From Nostoc sp. PCC 7120 = FACHB-418 (lineage in GTDB: Bacteria > Cyanobacteriota > Cyanobacteriia > Cyanobacteriales > Nostocaceae), in assembly GCF_000009705.1 (NCBI RefSeq), contig NC_003272.1, positions 5,700,001-5,732,000 of the forward strand: a DNA stretch of 32,000 nucleotides. Reading direction: 5' to 3'. How positions within the stretch are numbered: position 1 is the first letter of the stretch; each line of letters begins with the position of its first letter. The translations under genes were made by a program, and so were the position numbers. The notes below the pieces were generated by a model. That model was not told the origin of the DNA. It saw only the letters and a list, made by a program, of their open reading frames with translations, and made no database searches. Positions 1-9,381 of this stretch are shown in pieces.

Positions 1-1
1 A

Positions 2-904
2 TTAGACTTGATGGACCCGGCGGCCCTCCGAGACCAGTTGGAATGGACAATAAATAATAAGAACGTCATTTTAGAAAAGCTGTATAACCTGCCGCCTCTA
101 GATACTGAAGAGGTAATCCAAGAATATATAGGGTATGCAGAACGGCTAAGACCTCATGTTGTTGATACATCGTTAAAAATATACGATGCCATCCAACGGC
201 GACGCAATATATTGTTTGAAGGCGCACAAGGTACACTCTTAGACTTGGATCATGGGACTTATCCTTATGTCACTTCTTCCAACCCCGTAGCTGGGGGGGC
301 TTGCGTAGGTACAGGCCTAGGCCCGACAATGATAGACCGGGTAATTGGAGTTTCCAAAGCCTACACAACGCGAGTCGGAGAAGGCCCTTTCCCTACTGAA
401 CTGCATGGGGAGTTAGGCGAATTACTATGCGATCGCGGGGCTGAATTTGGCACAACCACCGGGCGGAAGCGGCGCTGTGGGTGGTTTGATGCGGTTATTG
501 GTCGCTATGCTGTGCGAATTAACGGTATGGATTGCATGGCTATTACCAAACTGGATGTCCTCGACGAGTTAGAGGAAATTCAAGTTTGTATAGCCTATGA
601 AATAGACGGCGATCGCTGCGACCATTTCCCAACTAGTGCGCGTCAGTTTGCGCGGTGTCGTCCTATTTACAAAACTGTACCGGGATGGCAAGTGCCAACA
701 AGCGAATGTCGCACCCTGGAAGACTTACCCCAACAAGCACTGGACTATCTAAAATTCCTCGCAGAATTGATGGAAGTTCCCATTGCGATCGTTTCTTTAG
801 GCGCAAGCCGCGATCAAACTATCATCGTTGAAGACCCTATCCACGGGCCAAAACGTGCCTTGCTTCACCCCGATGGTACTCCCGCCTCTTTATTGAGTGC
901 GTAA
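2..904 (+). CDS. purA: adenylosuccinate synthetase, C-terminal part (5' end lies upstream of the window)
   Basis: The frame is open from the window edge. The translation has typical AdSS C-terminal blocks ([22 protein letters not shown]). Stop TAA at 902-904. Confidence 0.9.
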   Translation, partial: LDLMDPAALRDQLEWTINNKNVILEKLYNLPPLDTEEVIQEYIGYAERLRPHVVDTSLKIYDAIQRRRNILFEGAQGTLLDLDHGTYPYVTSSNPVAGGACVGTGLGPTMIDRVIGVSKAYTTRVGEGPFPTELHGELGELLCDRGAEFGTTTGRKRRCGWFDAVIGRYAVRINGMDCMAITKLDVLDELEEIQVCIAYEIDGDRCDHFPTSARQFARCRPIYKTVPGWQVPTSECRTLEDLPQQALDYLKFLAELMEVPIAIVSLGASRDQTIIVEDPIHGPKRALLHPDGTPASLLSA

Positions 905-906
905 TC

Positions 907-990
907 AGTACTAAGTACTAAGTCAAAAGTCCAGAGTCCAGAGTTTTGTGACAACAGACAACTGACAATTAACAACCGACAATTAAACTA
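907..990. repeat. phased heptamer tandem array (STRR-like), 12 units
   Basis: Units AGTACTA x2, AGTCAAA, AGTCCAG x2, AGTTTTG, TGACAAC, AGACAAC, TGACAAT, TAACAAC, CGACAAT and TAAACTA stay in continuous 7-nt phase. The array fills the purA-rplY spacer up to 2 nt before the rplY ATG. Confidence 0.8.
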
Positions 991-992
991 AT

Positions 993-1292
993 ATGGCTCT
1001 GACAGTCGAAACTAAAAAAAGACCAGAAGGTAGCAAGCCTAAAGCTTTGCGCCGCGCTGGATTTATCCCCGCCAACTTGTACGGACACAACGGTAGAGAA
1101 TCAATTTCTCTGGTGGTTGATGCCAAAGTAGTTGAAAGATTACTTAAAGCAGCTGCTGTTAAAAAAACCGAAATCGAACTCAATATTCCTGAATTGGAAT
1201 GGACTGGTAAAACTATTCTTCAAGAAGTTCAGATACATCCAGCCAAGGGTACACCATATCACATCAGCTTCCTTGCTACTGCCAAAGGCTAA
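993..1292 (+). CDS. rplY: 50S ribosomal protein L25 (short form)
   Basis: 99 aa. The N-terminus ([23 protein letters not shown]) is typical of the L25/Ctc family. Confidence 0.85.
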   Translation: MALTVETKKRPEGSKPKALRRAGFIPANLYGHNGRESISLVVDAKVVERLLKAAAVKKTEIELNIPELEWTGKTILQEVQIHPAKGTPYHISFLATAKG

Positions 1293-1349
1293 AGCAAGTG
1301 CAAAATTTGTTTTACTTGCCATTTAAAGTTTGTGATAATTGCTGATAAG

Positions 1350-1373
1350 CCAGGGTTAAAACCCTGGTTTTTT
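1350..1373 (+). terminator. rho-independent terminator of rplY
   Basis: CCAGGG-TTAAAA-CCCTGG hairpin followed by TTTTTT, about 58 nt after the rplY stop. Confidence 0.7.
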
Positions 1374-1465
1374 GTTGTTTGCCTTTCTCGACTGTTTTAG
1401 ACAGATTAACAATTCAAAATTCAAAAATAAATTATTCCAAATTGATGCTTAGTCTAGACACTCCA

Positions 1466-1529
1466 GTAGGGTGCGTCAGTACGAATAATTTATTGTTACA
1501 GTTAGGTTTTTTGCACTGACGCACCCTAC
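1466..1529. repeat. 64-bp palindromic element with 15-bp perfect arms
   Basis: GTAGGGTGCGTCAGT (1466-1480) is the exact reverse complement of ACTGACGCACCCTAC (1515-1529). The spacer is 34 nt and AT-rich. Confidence 0.7.
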
Positions 1530-1562
1530 ATTTGGGATATTTTTTTATCTGGAAGTCCCTAA

Positions 1563-2315
1563 GTGAAGATGTCAATAAATCAAATAGGCAGGAGTAATAA
1601 AGTGCAAATTGAAAAGACAGAGGTGGAAATTTCTACGCCTGATGGAAAAATGCCTGCCTTCTTTTATCAGCCTTGTGAACGTGGACAAAAGCCCGCCGTA
1701 ATTCTTTTAATGGAAGCATTTGGCTTAACTTCCCACATTCAAGATGTAGCAACCCGAATTGCTAAGGAAGGCTACGTAGTTCTGACTCCAGATTTGTACT
1801 ATCGTGAATTGACAAACAACAAGTTTGGCTATGAAGAAGTTGAGCAAGCGATGGCGATGATGTACCGCCTTGACTTCGGTAAACCAATAGAGGAGGATAT
1901 TAGGGCAGCGATCGCTTATCTCAAGTCACAGTCTAATGTGTTCTCAGAAAAGATTGGCGTGACTGGATTTTGCTTGGGTGGTGGTCTGTCTTTTCTCAGT
2001 GCTTGCAAGTTTTCAGACGAAATTGCGGCGGTAGCTTCCTTTTACGGAATGGTTCTGGATGATTGGATAGAAGCGGTAACAAACATCTCAGTACCCATAT
2101 ACTTATTTTACGGTGGTATCGATTCATTTATTCCACCTGAGCGTGTTCAGCAAATTGAGACGCGGTTCCAGGAACTTAGCAAGGAATACACATTGAAGGT
2201 TTATCCTGATGCTGATCATGGTTTTTTCTGCCATGAGCGTTCTTCCTATAACCGTTTAGCAGCCGAAGACTCATGGAATGAGCTGACACAGTTCTTCCAC
2301 AGACATTTACAATAA
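1563..2315 (+). CDS. dienelactone hydrolase family protein
   Basis: 250 aa. It has the G-F-C-L-G-G nucleophile elbow and a C-terminal DADHGF histidine motif. The ORF starts at GTG 1563. ATG 1569 is an equally plausible start. Confidence 0.8.
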   Translation: MKMSINQIGRSNKVQIEKTEVEISTPDGKMPAFFYQPCERGQKPAVILLMEAFGLTSHIQDVATRIAKEGYVVLTPDLYYRELTNNKFGYEEVEQAMAMMYRLDFGKPIEEDIRAAIAYLKSQSNVFSEKIGVTGFCLGGGLSFLSACKFSDEIAAVASFYGMVLDDWIEAVTNISVPIYLFYGGIDSFIPPERVQQIETRFQELSKEYTLKVYPDADHGFFCHERSSYNRLAAEDSWNELTQFFHRHLQ

Positions 2316-2456
2316 GCGATCGCCTTTTGTGGACTTTTTTCAATAAAATCTTCATCAAATGCTTGTGAGTTCGGCGTTGAGGCTTTTACTCTCCTCAAAA
2401 GAGTAGGATAATCAAGGTTTCAGCTTATCTCGAACTCAGGTTAATTTAAAATTTCT

Positions 2457-3989
2457 ATGACAGAAGCGACTCTCCCACCCTTAATTCAGCAGATGTTACA
2501 ACCAGGATTTTATCCTCATGAAGTAACAGAACCTATTCAACTAATCCAGACTCACGTTTCTTCTGTGTTACTCACAGGAGAGTACGCCTATAAATTAAAA
2601 AAGCCCGTAAATTTTGGCTTTTTGGATTTCTCCACTTTAGAAAAGCGACAACATTTTTGCCAGGAAGAACTGCGCCTGAATCAAAGAGGAGCATCTGAAC
2701 TATATTTAGAAATCTTACCAATCAGTTTGGTAGGTGAAAAATATACTTTAGGAGGAACAGGTGAGGCTGTCGAGTATGTGCTGAAAATGCGCCAGTTTCC
2801 CCAAGAGGGTTTATTCAGTGAACTTTTTGCCCAAGGTAAACTCACTGAGTCACACCTAGAAGAATTAGGCAAGGTCGTAGCTCAATACCATGCTAAAACT
2901 GAAACGAATGATTATATCCGCAGTTTTGGGGAAGTTCCTCAAGTGCAGGCTGCATTTGATGAGAATTATCAGCAAACTGAGAAATATATCGGTGAACCAC
3001 AGACACAATTGCAATTTGACGAAACTAAAGCCTACACCGAGCGTTTTTTCGCAGAGAAACAAGAATTATTTCAGCGCCGAATCCAAAACAACTATATTCG
3101 GGAATGTCATGGAGACTTACACCTGAGAAATATTTGTCTATGGCAAGAGAAAATTCTCCTGTTTGATTGTATTGAATTTAACGAGCCTTTCCGGTTTGTT
3201 GATGTGATGTTCGATGTTGCCTATGCTGTGATGGATTTGGACGCACAACAACGCCCAGACCTGAGTAATGCGTATTTGAATACATATCTAGAGCAGACTG
3301 GTGACTGGGAAGGCTTAGAAGTACTACCCATATACTTAAATCGTCAATCCTATGTCCGAGCTAAGGTGACTTCGTTTTTGTTAGATGACCCCAGTGTCCC
3401 AGCGACAGTGAAGGAAGAAGCGACGAAAACAGCATCTACATATTACAAACTGGCGTGGGAATATACCAAACCCAAACAAGGAAAACTTATCTTAATGTCC
3501 GGGTTATCCGGTTCTGGGAAGAGTACGACTGCAAAATACTTAGCTCGTCAATTAGGAGCGATTCAAATTCGCTCAGATGCAGTCCGCAAACACTTGGGGG
3601 GAATTTCTTTGTGGGAACGTGGCGGTGACGACTTGTATACACCCGAAATGACCCAGAAAACCTATGCAAGGTTATTAAATTTGGGCATTATACTAGCTAA
3701 TCAAGGTTACACAGTAATTTTGGATGCTAAATATGATAAACAAAATTTACGAGCAGAGGCGATCGCTCAAGCCGAAAAACATCACCTTCCCCTCCAGATT
3801 ATTCACTGCACAGCACCCATAGAAGTTATACAAGAACGCCTAATAAAGCGTACAGGCGATATTGCCGATGCTACAGTTGATTTGTTATCTTCCCAACTCC
3901 AGCAAACTGAACCCTTTACCGACAAAGAAAAACCCTACGTGCAAACTTGGGACACAACTCAACCACCACAGGTAATTGGTAATTGGTAA
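2457..3989 (+). CDS. two-domain kinase: aminoglycoside-phosphotransferase-like N-terminal domain fused to a P-loop (AAA_33/zeta-like) kinase domain
   Basis: 510 aa. HGDLHLRNI catalytic-loop motif in the N-terminal half and GLSGSGKST Walker A in the C-terminal third. The last codons and the stop lie inside a GGTAATT repeat array. Confidence 0.75.
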   Translation: MTEATLPPLIQQMLQPGFYPHEVTEPIQLIQTHVSSVLLTGEYAYKLKKPVNFGFLDFSTLEKRQHFCQEELRLNQRGASELYLEILPISLVGEKYTLGGTGEAVEYVLKMRQFPQEGLFSELFAQGKLTESHLEELGKVVAQYHAKTETNDYIRSFGEVPQVQAAFDENYQQTEKYIGEPQTQLQFDETKAYTERFFAEKQELFQRRIQNNYIRECHGDLHLRNICLWQEKILLFDCIEFNEPFRFVDVMFDVAYAVMDLDAQQRPDLSNAYLNTYLEQTGDWEGLEVLPIYLNRQSYVRAKVTSFLLDDPSVPATVKEEATKTASTYYKLAWEYTKPKQGKLILMSGLSGSGKSTTAKYLARQLGAIQIRSDAVRKHLGGISLWERGGDDLYTPEMTQKTYARLLNLGIILANQGYTVILDAKYDKQNLRAEAIAQAEKHHLPLQIIHCTAPIEVIQERLIKRTGDIADATVDLLSSQLQQTEPFTDKEKPYVQTWDTTQPPQVIGNW

Positions 3990-4005
3990 TTGGTAATCGG
4001 TAATT
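3971..4005. repeat. (GGTAATT)5 heptamer array
   Basis: GGTAATT x3, GGTAATC, GGTAATT. It overlaps the 3' end of the upstream CDS (encodes ...VIGNW*). Confidence 0.9.
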
Positions 4006-4052
4006 TACCGAAAGCTTATTTACGGGGAAAGAAGTGTAGGTTAAAAACGTTA

Positions 4053-4092
4053 CCCCTACACCCCTACACCCCTACACCCCTATCCCCCTAGC
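4053..4092. repeat. (CCCCTACA)-type octamer array, 5 units
   Basis: CCCCTACA x3, CCCCTATC, CCCCTAGC. It ends 6 nt before the ATG at 4099. Confidence 0.85.
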
Positions 4093-4098
4093 TCATTT

Positions 4099-4620
4099 AT
4101 GGCTAACAATAACAACCTATTCAATTTCACTCCCGAATTCCTGTCGCAGTTAATATTTGGGGCATTTTTAATATTCATATTAATCACGACAGGTTCGCCA
4201 CTATCTTTAAGTATTTTTCTGGGAATTATCGGCGGTTTCGCCTTAGGCTGGTTCACTAATTCTACTAAAAGTAGCCCCCAAGCGCCTGTTGTTGCTTCTT
4301 CTGATGGTATTGATGCAGGATTGAAATACTGGTTATTTTTCTTGCTGGGGTTTGGATTATTGGGATATCCTGCACCCATGAGTATCTTACTAGGTGGAAT
4401 AGGTGCTGTTGGGGGAGGTTGGATTATTGCTTGGTGGCGAAGCAAAGAAGAAACAAAAACTCAATTACCTGTTAACGATACGCAAGAGCTTGAGAGTGAC
4501 GAGATAAGCGACAGAATCACCAAGCGACAAACAAGAAGACCTGTTAAGCGTTACCGTCGTGGTGTGAGAAATTTTAATTTTCCATTTTTGGGAAATAATC
4601 GTCATAATGACGGAGAGTAA
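4099..4620 (+). CDS. hypothetical integral membrane protein with a basic C-terminal tail
   Basis: 173 aa. It has several hydrophobic segments (LIFGAFLIFILITTG, IFLGIIGGFALGWF, YWLFFLLGFGLLGY, LLGGIGAVGGGWIIAWW) and then a charged tail. The 121-aa ORF on the opposite strand has low-complexity composition and is rejected. Confidence 0.65.
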   Translation: MANNNNLFNFTPEFLSQLIFGAFLIFILITTGSPLSLSIFLGIIGGFALGWFTNSTKSSPQAPVVASSDGIDAGLKYWLFFLLGFGLLGYPAPMSILLGGIGAVGGGWIIAWWRSKEETKTQLPVNDTQELESDEISDRITKRQTRRPVKRYRRGVRNFNFPFLGNNRHNDGE

Positions 4621-4622
4621 AT

Positions 4623-4768
4623 TAGGACTTACGCATGAAAACGGAAAGATCAAGGGTTTGGACAAGGGTGTAGGGGTATAAGGGTATAAATGCTTGAAAC
4701 CCTTACACCCCTGTACCCGGAAACCCTTACACCCGGTCTCAACAGATAACGTGTTTGCGTAAGTCCTA
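4623..4768. mobile_element. MITE-like non-autonomous palindromic element, copy 1
   Basis: 13-bp perfect terminal inverted repeat TAGGACTTACGCA / TGCGTAAGTCCTA. The interior has G-rich and C-rich half-repeats (AGGGTGTAGGGG ... CCCTTACACCCC). A second alignable copy lies at 28955-29089. It has no ORF. Confidence 0.55.
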
Positions 4769-4785
4769 TAGATAATATCTGTGGG

Positions 4786-4810
4786 GGTTGGTTATTGGTA
4801 ATTGGTAAGG
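4786..4810. repeat. short GGT(T/A)ATT heptamer array
   Basis: GGTTGGTTATTGGTAATTGGTAAGG. It uses the same unit as the array at 3971-4005. Confidence 0.6.
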
Positions 4811-4839
4811 ATCAATTACTATTGTGAGGGCTGAGTTTA

Positions 4840-7308
4840 TCAAGTTAAAATTGCCCCACCCATCAAGCGTTCATAGCGATATTTCAACTCTGCTTTCATC
4901 AAAGCCCAACGCTCTAAACTGGCATCTATTTCTATTACTTTCTCGGCGGCTTGTCTGGCTAATAATAAAACTTCTTCATCTTCTACTAAACTAGCTAAGG
5001 TAAAATCAGGCACACCAGATTGCCTTGTTCCTAACACTTCACCCGGCCCACGAAAACGCATATCCATTTCGGAGATGAAAAAGCCGTCTTGAGACTGTTC
5101 TAATACTTTCAGACGTTGTTGAGCGTCAGGGCTTCTAGAACTACTCATTAATAAACAGTAAGACTGGGCTGCACCTCGACCCACACGCCCGCGCAATTGA
5201 TGTAGTTGTGACAAGCCGAATCTTTCAGCATTTTCTATGAGCATGACTGTTGCATTGGGTACATCCACACCAACTTCAACAACGGTTGTAGATACAAGAA
5301 TCTGCGTTTCATTGTCGCGGAATTTGGTAATAGCTTCGTCCTTTTCCGCCGAACTCATGCGACCGTGTAGCAAACCGACTTGAAAATCTGGAAAAACGCT
5401 CTCTTGTAACTTTTGGTGTTCTTCTACTGCTGATCGCAAATCTAGTTTCTCTGATTCTTCTACCAATGGCAAGACTACATAAGTTTGCCTACCTTGGGCA
5501 ATTTCTCGGCGGATGAGGTCGTAAGCTTGGGGACGTTGCTGACCACTTAACATTGTGGTCTGAATCTTTTGCCGTCCTGGTGGTAACTCATCAATTTGAC
5601 TGACGTTCATATCCCCGTGTATAGTTAATGCCAGTGTCCGAGGAATGGGTGTAGCCGTCATAGTTAATACATGGGGTTGTTCGCCTTTTTGCTGCAACAG
5701 CGCCCTTTGTTTGACCCCAAAGCGATGCTGTTCATCAATGACAACTAAACCCAATCGCTGGAAATTTACCGGGTCTTGAATCAAAGCGTGAGTTCCCACC
5801 AATAAGGGTAATTCACCTGTTTCTAATTGGGAATGTATCTGTCTTCTTTTGACAGTTTTGGTAGAGCCTGTAAGTAATTCCACTGGCAAATGCAGCAGGT
5901 TAAACCAGCTAACTAACTTACGGTAATGTTGCTCTGCTAATACTTCTGTAGGAGCCATTAACGCGGCTTGGTAGCCAGATTGAATGGCAGCTAAAATTGC
6001 TACCACCGCCACTACAGTTTTACCTGAACCCACATCACCCTGTACTAAACGATTCATCGGTGCGGATTTTTGTAAGTCGTTGAGGATGTCGTTCAGGACT
6101 CGCTGTTGTGCGCCTGTGAGTTGAAATGGTAGTATTTCGTAGAAATTTTCGATTAACTTACCTTTGGGAGCCAGAATTGCACTAGTTTGAATCGCTTTCG
6201 CTTGCTGCTGACGTTGCAATAAACCGAGTTGCAGGTAGAAAAATTCATCGAAAACGAGGCGACGACGGGCAACTTGCAAGGTAGCACTTTCATCAGGAAA
6301 ATGGATGTTAGCGATCGCATCCTTCAATTCCATCAAACCATATTTTTCCCGCAAACCTTTAGGTAATGGGTCTTTTAAATGCACCGCCGCAGGTAAGGCC
6401 GCAAGTACCGCCTGTCTGACCATACTAGCCATTACTCCCTCGGTGAGGCTGTAAATCGGCACTACCCGCCCCATTGTCAAAGACTCAATAGTGTCTCCAG
6501 GGTTCGCTAAAACTTCCAATTCGGGGTTATCGAGCGTCAAGCCGTATTTAGTCCCTTTAACTAACCCACAAGCCGCCAACACACTACCCACAGGATAACG
6601 GCGTTTTAAACTTTCCTGCCAAGCGCGACTGGTAAACCGCGCCCCCGCCGAGAAACGACTGATTTTAATTTGACCTGTATTATCTTTAAGTATTAACTCT
6701 AAAATCGATAATTTTTGATTCTTGGGGCTAGTAAAACAATTACACTTTTTGACTGTGGCTACTATGGTCACCGTCTCACCCGCTTCCAACTCGCGGATAT
6801 TTACCTGACGCGCATAGTCTATATGGTCACGGGGATAGTAAAAAAGCAAGTCGCGCACTGTATACAAACGTAAAGCCGCTAATTTATCGGCTTTGCGAAT
6901 ACCTATTTCTGGTAAATCACTGAGTTTCTGGTCAATTTTCGGTGCTAACCTCCGACTTACCTCCGCTACAACTGGGGTCGCATTAGGAAGTTTTGATTTA
7001 TAACTGGTTGCTTGCGCCTCTTTAGGTTCTTCTTGCTCTTTTTGCAGTTGGTAAAGATACCTACGAGTTTCCGCTATGAGATGTTGTCTTTCTTTCTGTA
7101 CCAAATGAGGATAGTTAGCAAACTTCTCTGCCAATTCCTGCCAACGACGACGTTCAATAGCAGGTAAGACCGTCGGGAATTTCCCAAAAGTCAAGCTGAG
7201 AAATTCACTAAAGCGGTATTGCTTACCTAGCAAGTCTGTAAAGCCGTGTTCTGCTTCCACCGCTAAGGCTTTATGCAATCTTATCCAATCTGGTTGGTCA
7301 TTGCTCAT
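4840..7308 (-). CDS. recG: ATP-dependent DNA helicase RecG
   Basis: 822 aa. Walker A GDVGSGKT, DEQHRFG box, and the C-terminal helicase motif QLRGRVGRG. Confidence 0.92.
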   Translation of the reverse strand: MSNDQPDWIRLHKALAVEAEHGFTDLLGKQYRFSEFLSLTFGKFPTVLPAIERRRWQELAEKFANYPHLVQKERQHLIAETRRYLYQLQKEQEEPKEAQATSYKSKLPNATPVVAEVSRRLAPKIDQKLSDLPEIGIRKADKLAALRLYTVRDLLFYYPRDHIDYARQVNIRELEAGETVTIVATVKKCNCFTSPKNQKLSILELILKDNTGQIKISRFSAGARFTSRAWQESLKRRYPVGSVLAACGLVKGTKYGLTLDNPELEVLANPGDTIESLTMGRVVPIYSLTEGVMASMVRQAVLAALPAAVHLKDPLPKGLREKYGLMELKDAIANIHFPDESATLQVARRRLVFDEFFYLQLGLLQRQQQAKAIQTSAILAPKGKLIENFYEILPFQLTGAQQRVLNDILNDLQKSAPMNRLVQGDVGSGKTVVAVVAILAAIQSGYQAALMAPTEVLAEQHYRKLVSWFNLLHLPVELLTGSTKTVKRRQIHSQLETGELPLLVGTHALIQDPVNFQRLGLVVIDEQHRFGVKQRALLQQKGEQPHVLTMTATPIPRTLALTIHGDMNVSQIDELPPGRQKIQTTMLSGQQRPQAYDLIRREIAQGRQTYVVLPLVEESEKLDLRSAVEEHQKLQESVFPDFQVGLLHGRMSSAEKDEAITKFRDNETQILVSTTVVEVGVDVPNATVMLIENAERFGLSQLHQLRGRVGRGAAQSYCLLMSSSRSPDAQQRLKVLEQSQDGFFISEMDMRFRGPGEVLGTRQSGVPDFTLASLVEDEEVLLLARQAAEKVIEIDASLERWALMKAELKYRYERLMGGAILT

Positions 7309-7326
7309 TAGTCAACCCCTAAGGGG

Positions 7327-7400
7327 AATTCAAAATTCAAAATCAATACAATCAGAGTCAGTATTATGACCAATGCTAATAACAACTGACAACTAACTAA
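7327..7400. repeat. heptamer-phased AT-rich repeats
   Basis: AATTCAA x2, AATCAAT, ACAATCA, then ...AACTGAC AACTAAC. The 16-mer AATTCAAAATTCAAAA also occurs at 1411-1426. Confidence 0.55.
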
Positions 7401-8230
7401 TCCTCATACCAACTTGAACGCCATGCGGCTTCAGCTTCCGCAATTGAACGTTCTCGTTGTTTTTTCTGATATTCTCTTCCTAACTGGTTGAGCTTTCCTA
7501 AAATATGGCGAATTTGCTTACGACTAGAGGAAAGGGTGGGGTCAGCAAACTCTATTTCTCCTAACCTTAAATTAACTGTTGTAATTTGCGTTAGGCTGGA
7601 TTCTTCTTCATCTTGCTCATTTTCAATTTCAATTACCAAGTTTAAAAGGTTAGGTGGCCCTGGCATCATTTCCCCAGAAGCTTCCGATGCAGCCGCAGCA
7701 GCTTCTAAAATTGGTTCTGGTAATTTTTGGGGTAAAACCTGAGCTTTTTGCAGTAACACATTAGTTTCATGAGAAACCTTTCTCAATGTCCGTTGGGTTT
7801 CTTCTTCTATATACTGTTGCCACTTTGCCAGTACTACGGGATTAGAAATATCTAATACATAAACCTGAGCAACTTCAGCCGCAGATGTTAGCTCCTCCTC
7901 TTCTCCTACTTCTGCATCTCCCTCATCTTCCTCATCTCCCTCAATTTCCTGACTCATCAGCTGGACTAGTAATTTTTCAGCCGCCTGCTTACCCAGTTTG
8001 CGGATACCTTGCTGTAATTGCTGCCGTTGATTTAACGACAACTTCAAAAAGTTTTCGGGATATCCTTGTGTACACAGATGGTAACTCGCCAAAATTAACT
8101 GTTTACCTAGTGCTTGACCCAAAGCACCTAGATAACTAGCATAAGCGCTATGGAGTTCTGAGGCGATCGCTTGTATCGCTTCTTGTAAAGCTGCAATATC
8201 CTGCTCAATTCGCTCAATTGCTCTTCCCAT
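7397..8230 (-). CDS. hypothetical acidic protein with predicted coiled-coil segments
   Basis: 277 aa uninterrupted ORF with coding-like composition and a central Glu/Asp-rich tract (EGDEEDEGDAEVGEEEE). I recognised no catalytic motif. Confidence 0.65.
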   Translation of the reverse strand: MGRAIERIEQDIAALQEAIQAIASELHSAYASYLGALGQALGKQLILASYHLCTQGYPENFLKLSLNQRQQLQQGIRKLGKQAAEKLLVQLMSQEIEGDEEDEGDAEVGEEEELTSAAEVAQVYVLDISNPVVLAKWQQYIEEETQRTLRKVSHETNVLLQKAQVLPQKLPEPILEAAAAASEASGEMMPGPPNLLNLVIEIENEQDEEESSLTQITTVNLRLGEIEFADPTLSSSRKQIRHILGKLNQLGREYQKKQRERSIAEAEAAWRSSWYED

Positions 8231-8372
8231 ATCTTGTGTTTGTCCACCTGAACCTACTCATGGTACAAATGTACGCAATTATTTTAAAATAACTAGCGAG
8301 AAAATTTAATATAGCTCTGATTAATAAAATGCAGGCCAGGCTATCTGCTTGACCTGCTGCATAAGAGTCAAT

Positions 8373-8442
8373 AGTCCGCAGTCCACAGTCAAAAAACTCA
8401 TAAATAATGACTAATGACTCGTGACTAATGACTAATTAATTA
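8373..8442. repeat. phased heptamer array (AGTCCNC / TGACTAA units), 10 units
   Basis: AGTCCGC, AGTCCAC, AGTCAAA, ..., TGACTAA, TGACTCG, TGACTAA, TGACTAA, TTAATTA. The last unit contains the tsf stop codon. Confidence 0.8.
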
Positions 8443-9381
8443 CTTCACACCCATTTGGGCGGCGACTTCTTCAGCAAAGTTGCTTTCTTGCTTTTCGATG
8501 CCTTCACCCAGTATGTAGCGTACAAAACGGCTGACTTCAACTTCTTCACCCGCTTTAGCCTTAACTTGTTTCACCAAGTCTTCTACAGAAATACTCTGAT
8601 CGCGAATGTAAGGCTGATCCACTAGAGTTAGTTCTTTTAGGCGTTTTTCAATTCGTCCTTGAACAATTTTTTCTCTAATGTTCTCTGGTTTATTTGCTAT
8701 GTCTTCTTTACCAGATTCAACGTCTTTTTCTCTCTGAACAACTTCAGCAGGGATTTGGTCTACGCTGACATACTCAACATTGGGACAAGCTGCAACCTGC
8801 ATAGCTGCGTTTCTTGCTAAATTCTGCACTTCTTCGTTAGCAGCACCAGCTTCTGATTGAGAGTTTAGTTCAACTAACACACCAACTCGACCGCCGGTGT
8901 GAATGTAGCTGTCTACAACGCCTGTCTTATCTGTGAGTGCAAAATTGATAAAGCGCCGTACCTGGATATTCTCACCCAAGTTAGCAATAGTTTGCTTGAT
9001 GGCTTCATCTACAGTGAGGTTAGCATCTTCAATGTAGGGTTGAGCTAGCAAAGACTCAACACTATCGGCTGTTGCTGCTTGTTGAGCTAAGTTTTTAACT
9101 AGAGTTTTAAAAGCATCGTTACGGGCGACGAAATCTGTTTGGCAGTTAACTTCTATCAGTACACCTACTTTACCACCGGGTTGAATGTAGGTGTCCACTA
9201 GACCTTCTGCCGCAATGCGATCGCTTTTTTTACCCGCAGAAGCGATACCTTTTTTCCGTAGCCAATCTATGGCTTGTTCGACATCGCCTTCAGTTTCTTT
9301 CAGCGCTTTTTTGCAGTCCATCATGCCAGCACCAGTCTTTTGGCGTAGCTCTTGGACGAGTTTTGCAGATATTTCCGCCAT
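8440..9381 (-). CDS. tsf: translation elongation factor Ts
   Basis: 313 aa. N-terminal signature [22 protein letters not shown]. It lies downstream of rpsB, as in most bacteria. Confidence 0.95.
   Translation of the reverse strand: MAEISAKLVQELRQKTGAGMMDCKKALKETEGDVEQAIDWLRKKGIASAGKKSDRIAAEGLVDTYIQPGGKVGVLIEVNCQTDFVARNDAFKTLVKNLAQQAATADSVESLLAQPYIEDANLTVDEAIKQTIANLGENIQVRRFINFALTDKTGVVDSYIHTGGRVGVLVELNSQSEAGAANEEVQNLARNAAMQVAACPNVEYVSVDQIPAEVVQREKDVESGKEDIANKPENIREKIVQGRIEKRLKELTLVDQPYIRDQSISVEDLVKQVKAKAGEEVEVSRFVRYILGEGIEKQESNFAEEVAAQMGVK

Noticed and set aside
907-990. Regularly spaced short repeats here and at 3971-4005, 8373-8442 and 29136-29177, considered as possible CRISPR arrays.
   Set aside because: The units are 7-8 nt, contiguous and without spacers. 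No cas genes are present. These are STRR-type microsatellite arrays.
4080-4445. 121-aa ORF on the minus strand, overlapping the 4099..4620 membrane-protein gene.
   Set aside because: Its composition is low-complexity and Pro/Asn-rich, it has no Shine-Dalgarno sequence, and it is fully antisense to an ORF with clear transmembrane periodicity. It starts inside the CCCCTACA repeat.
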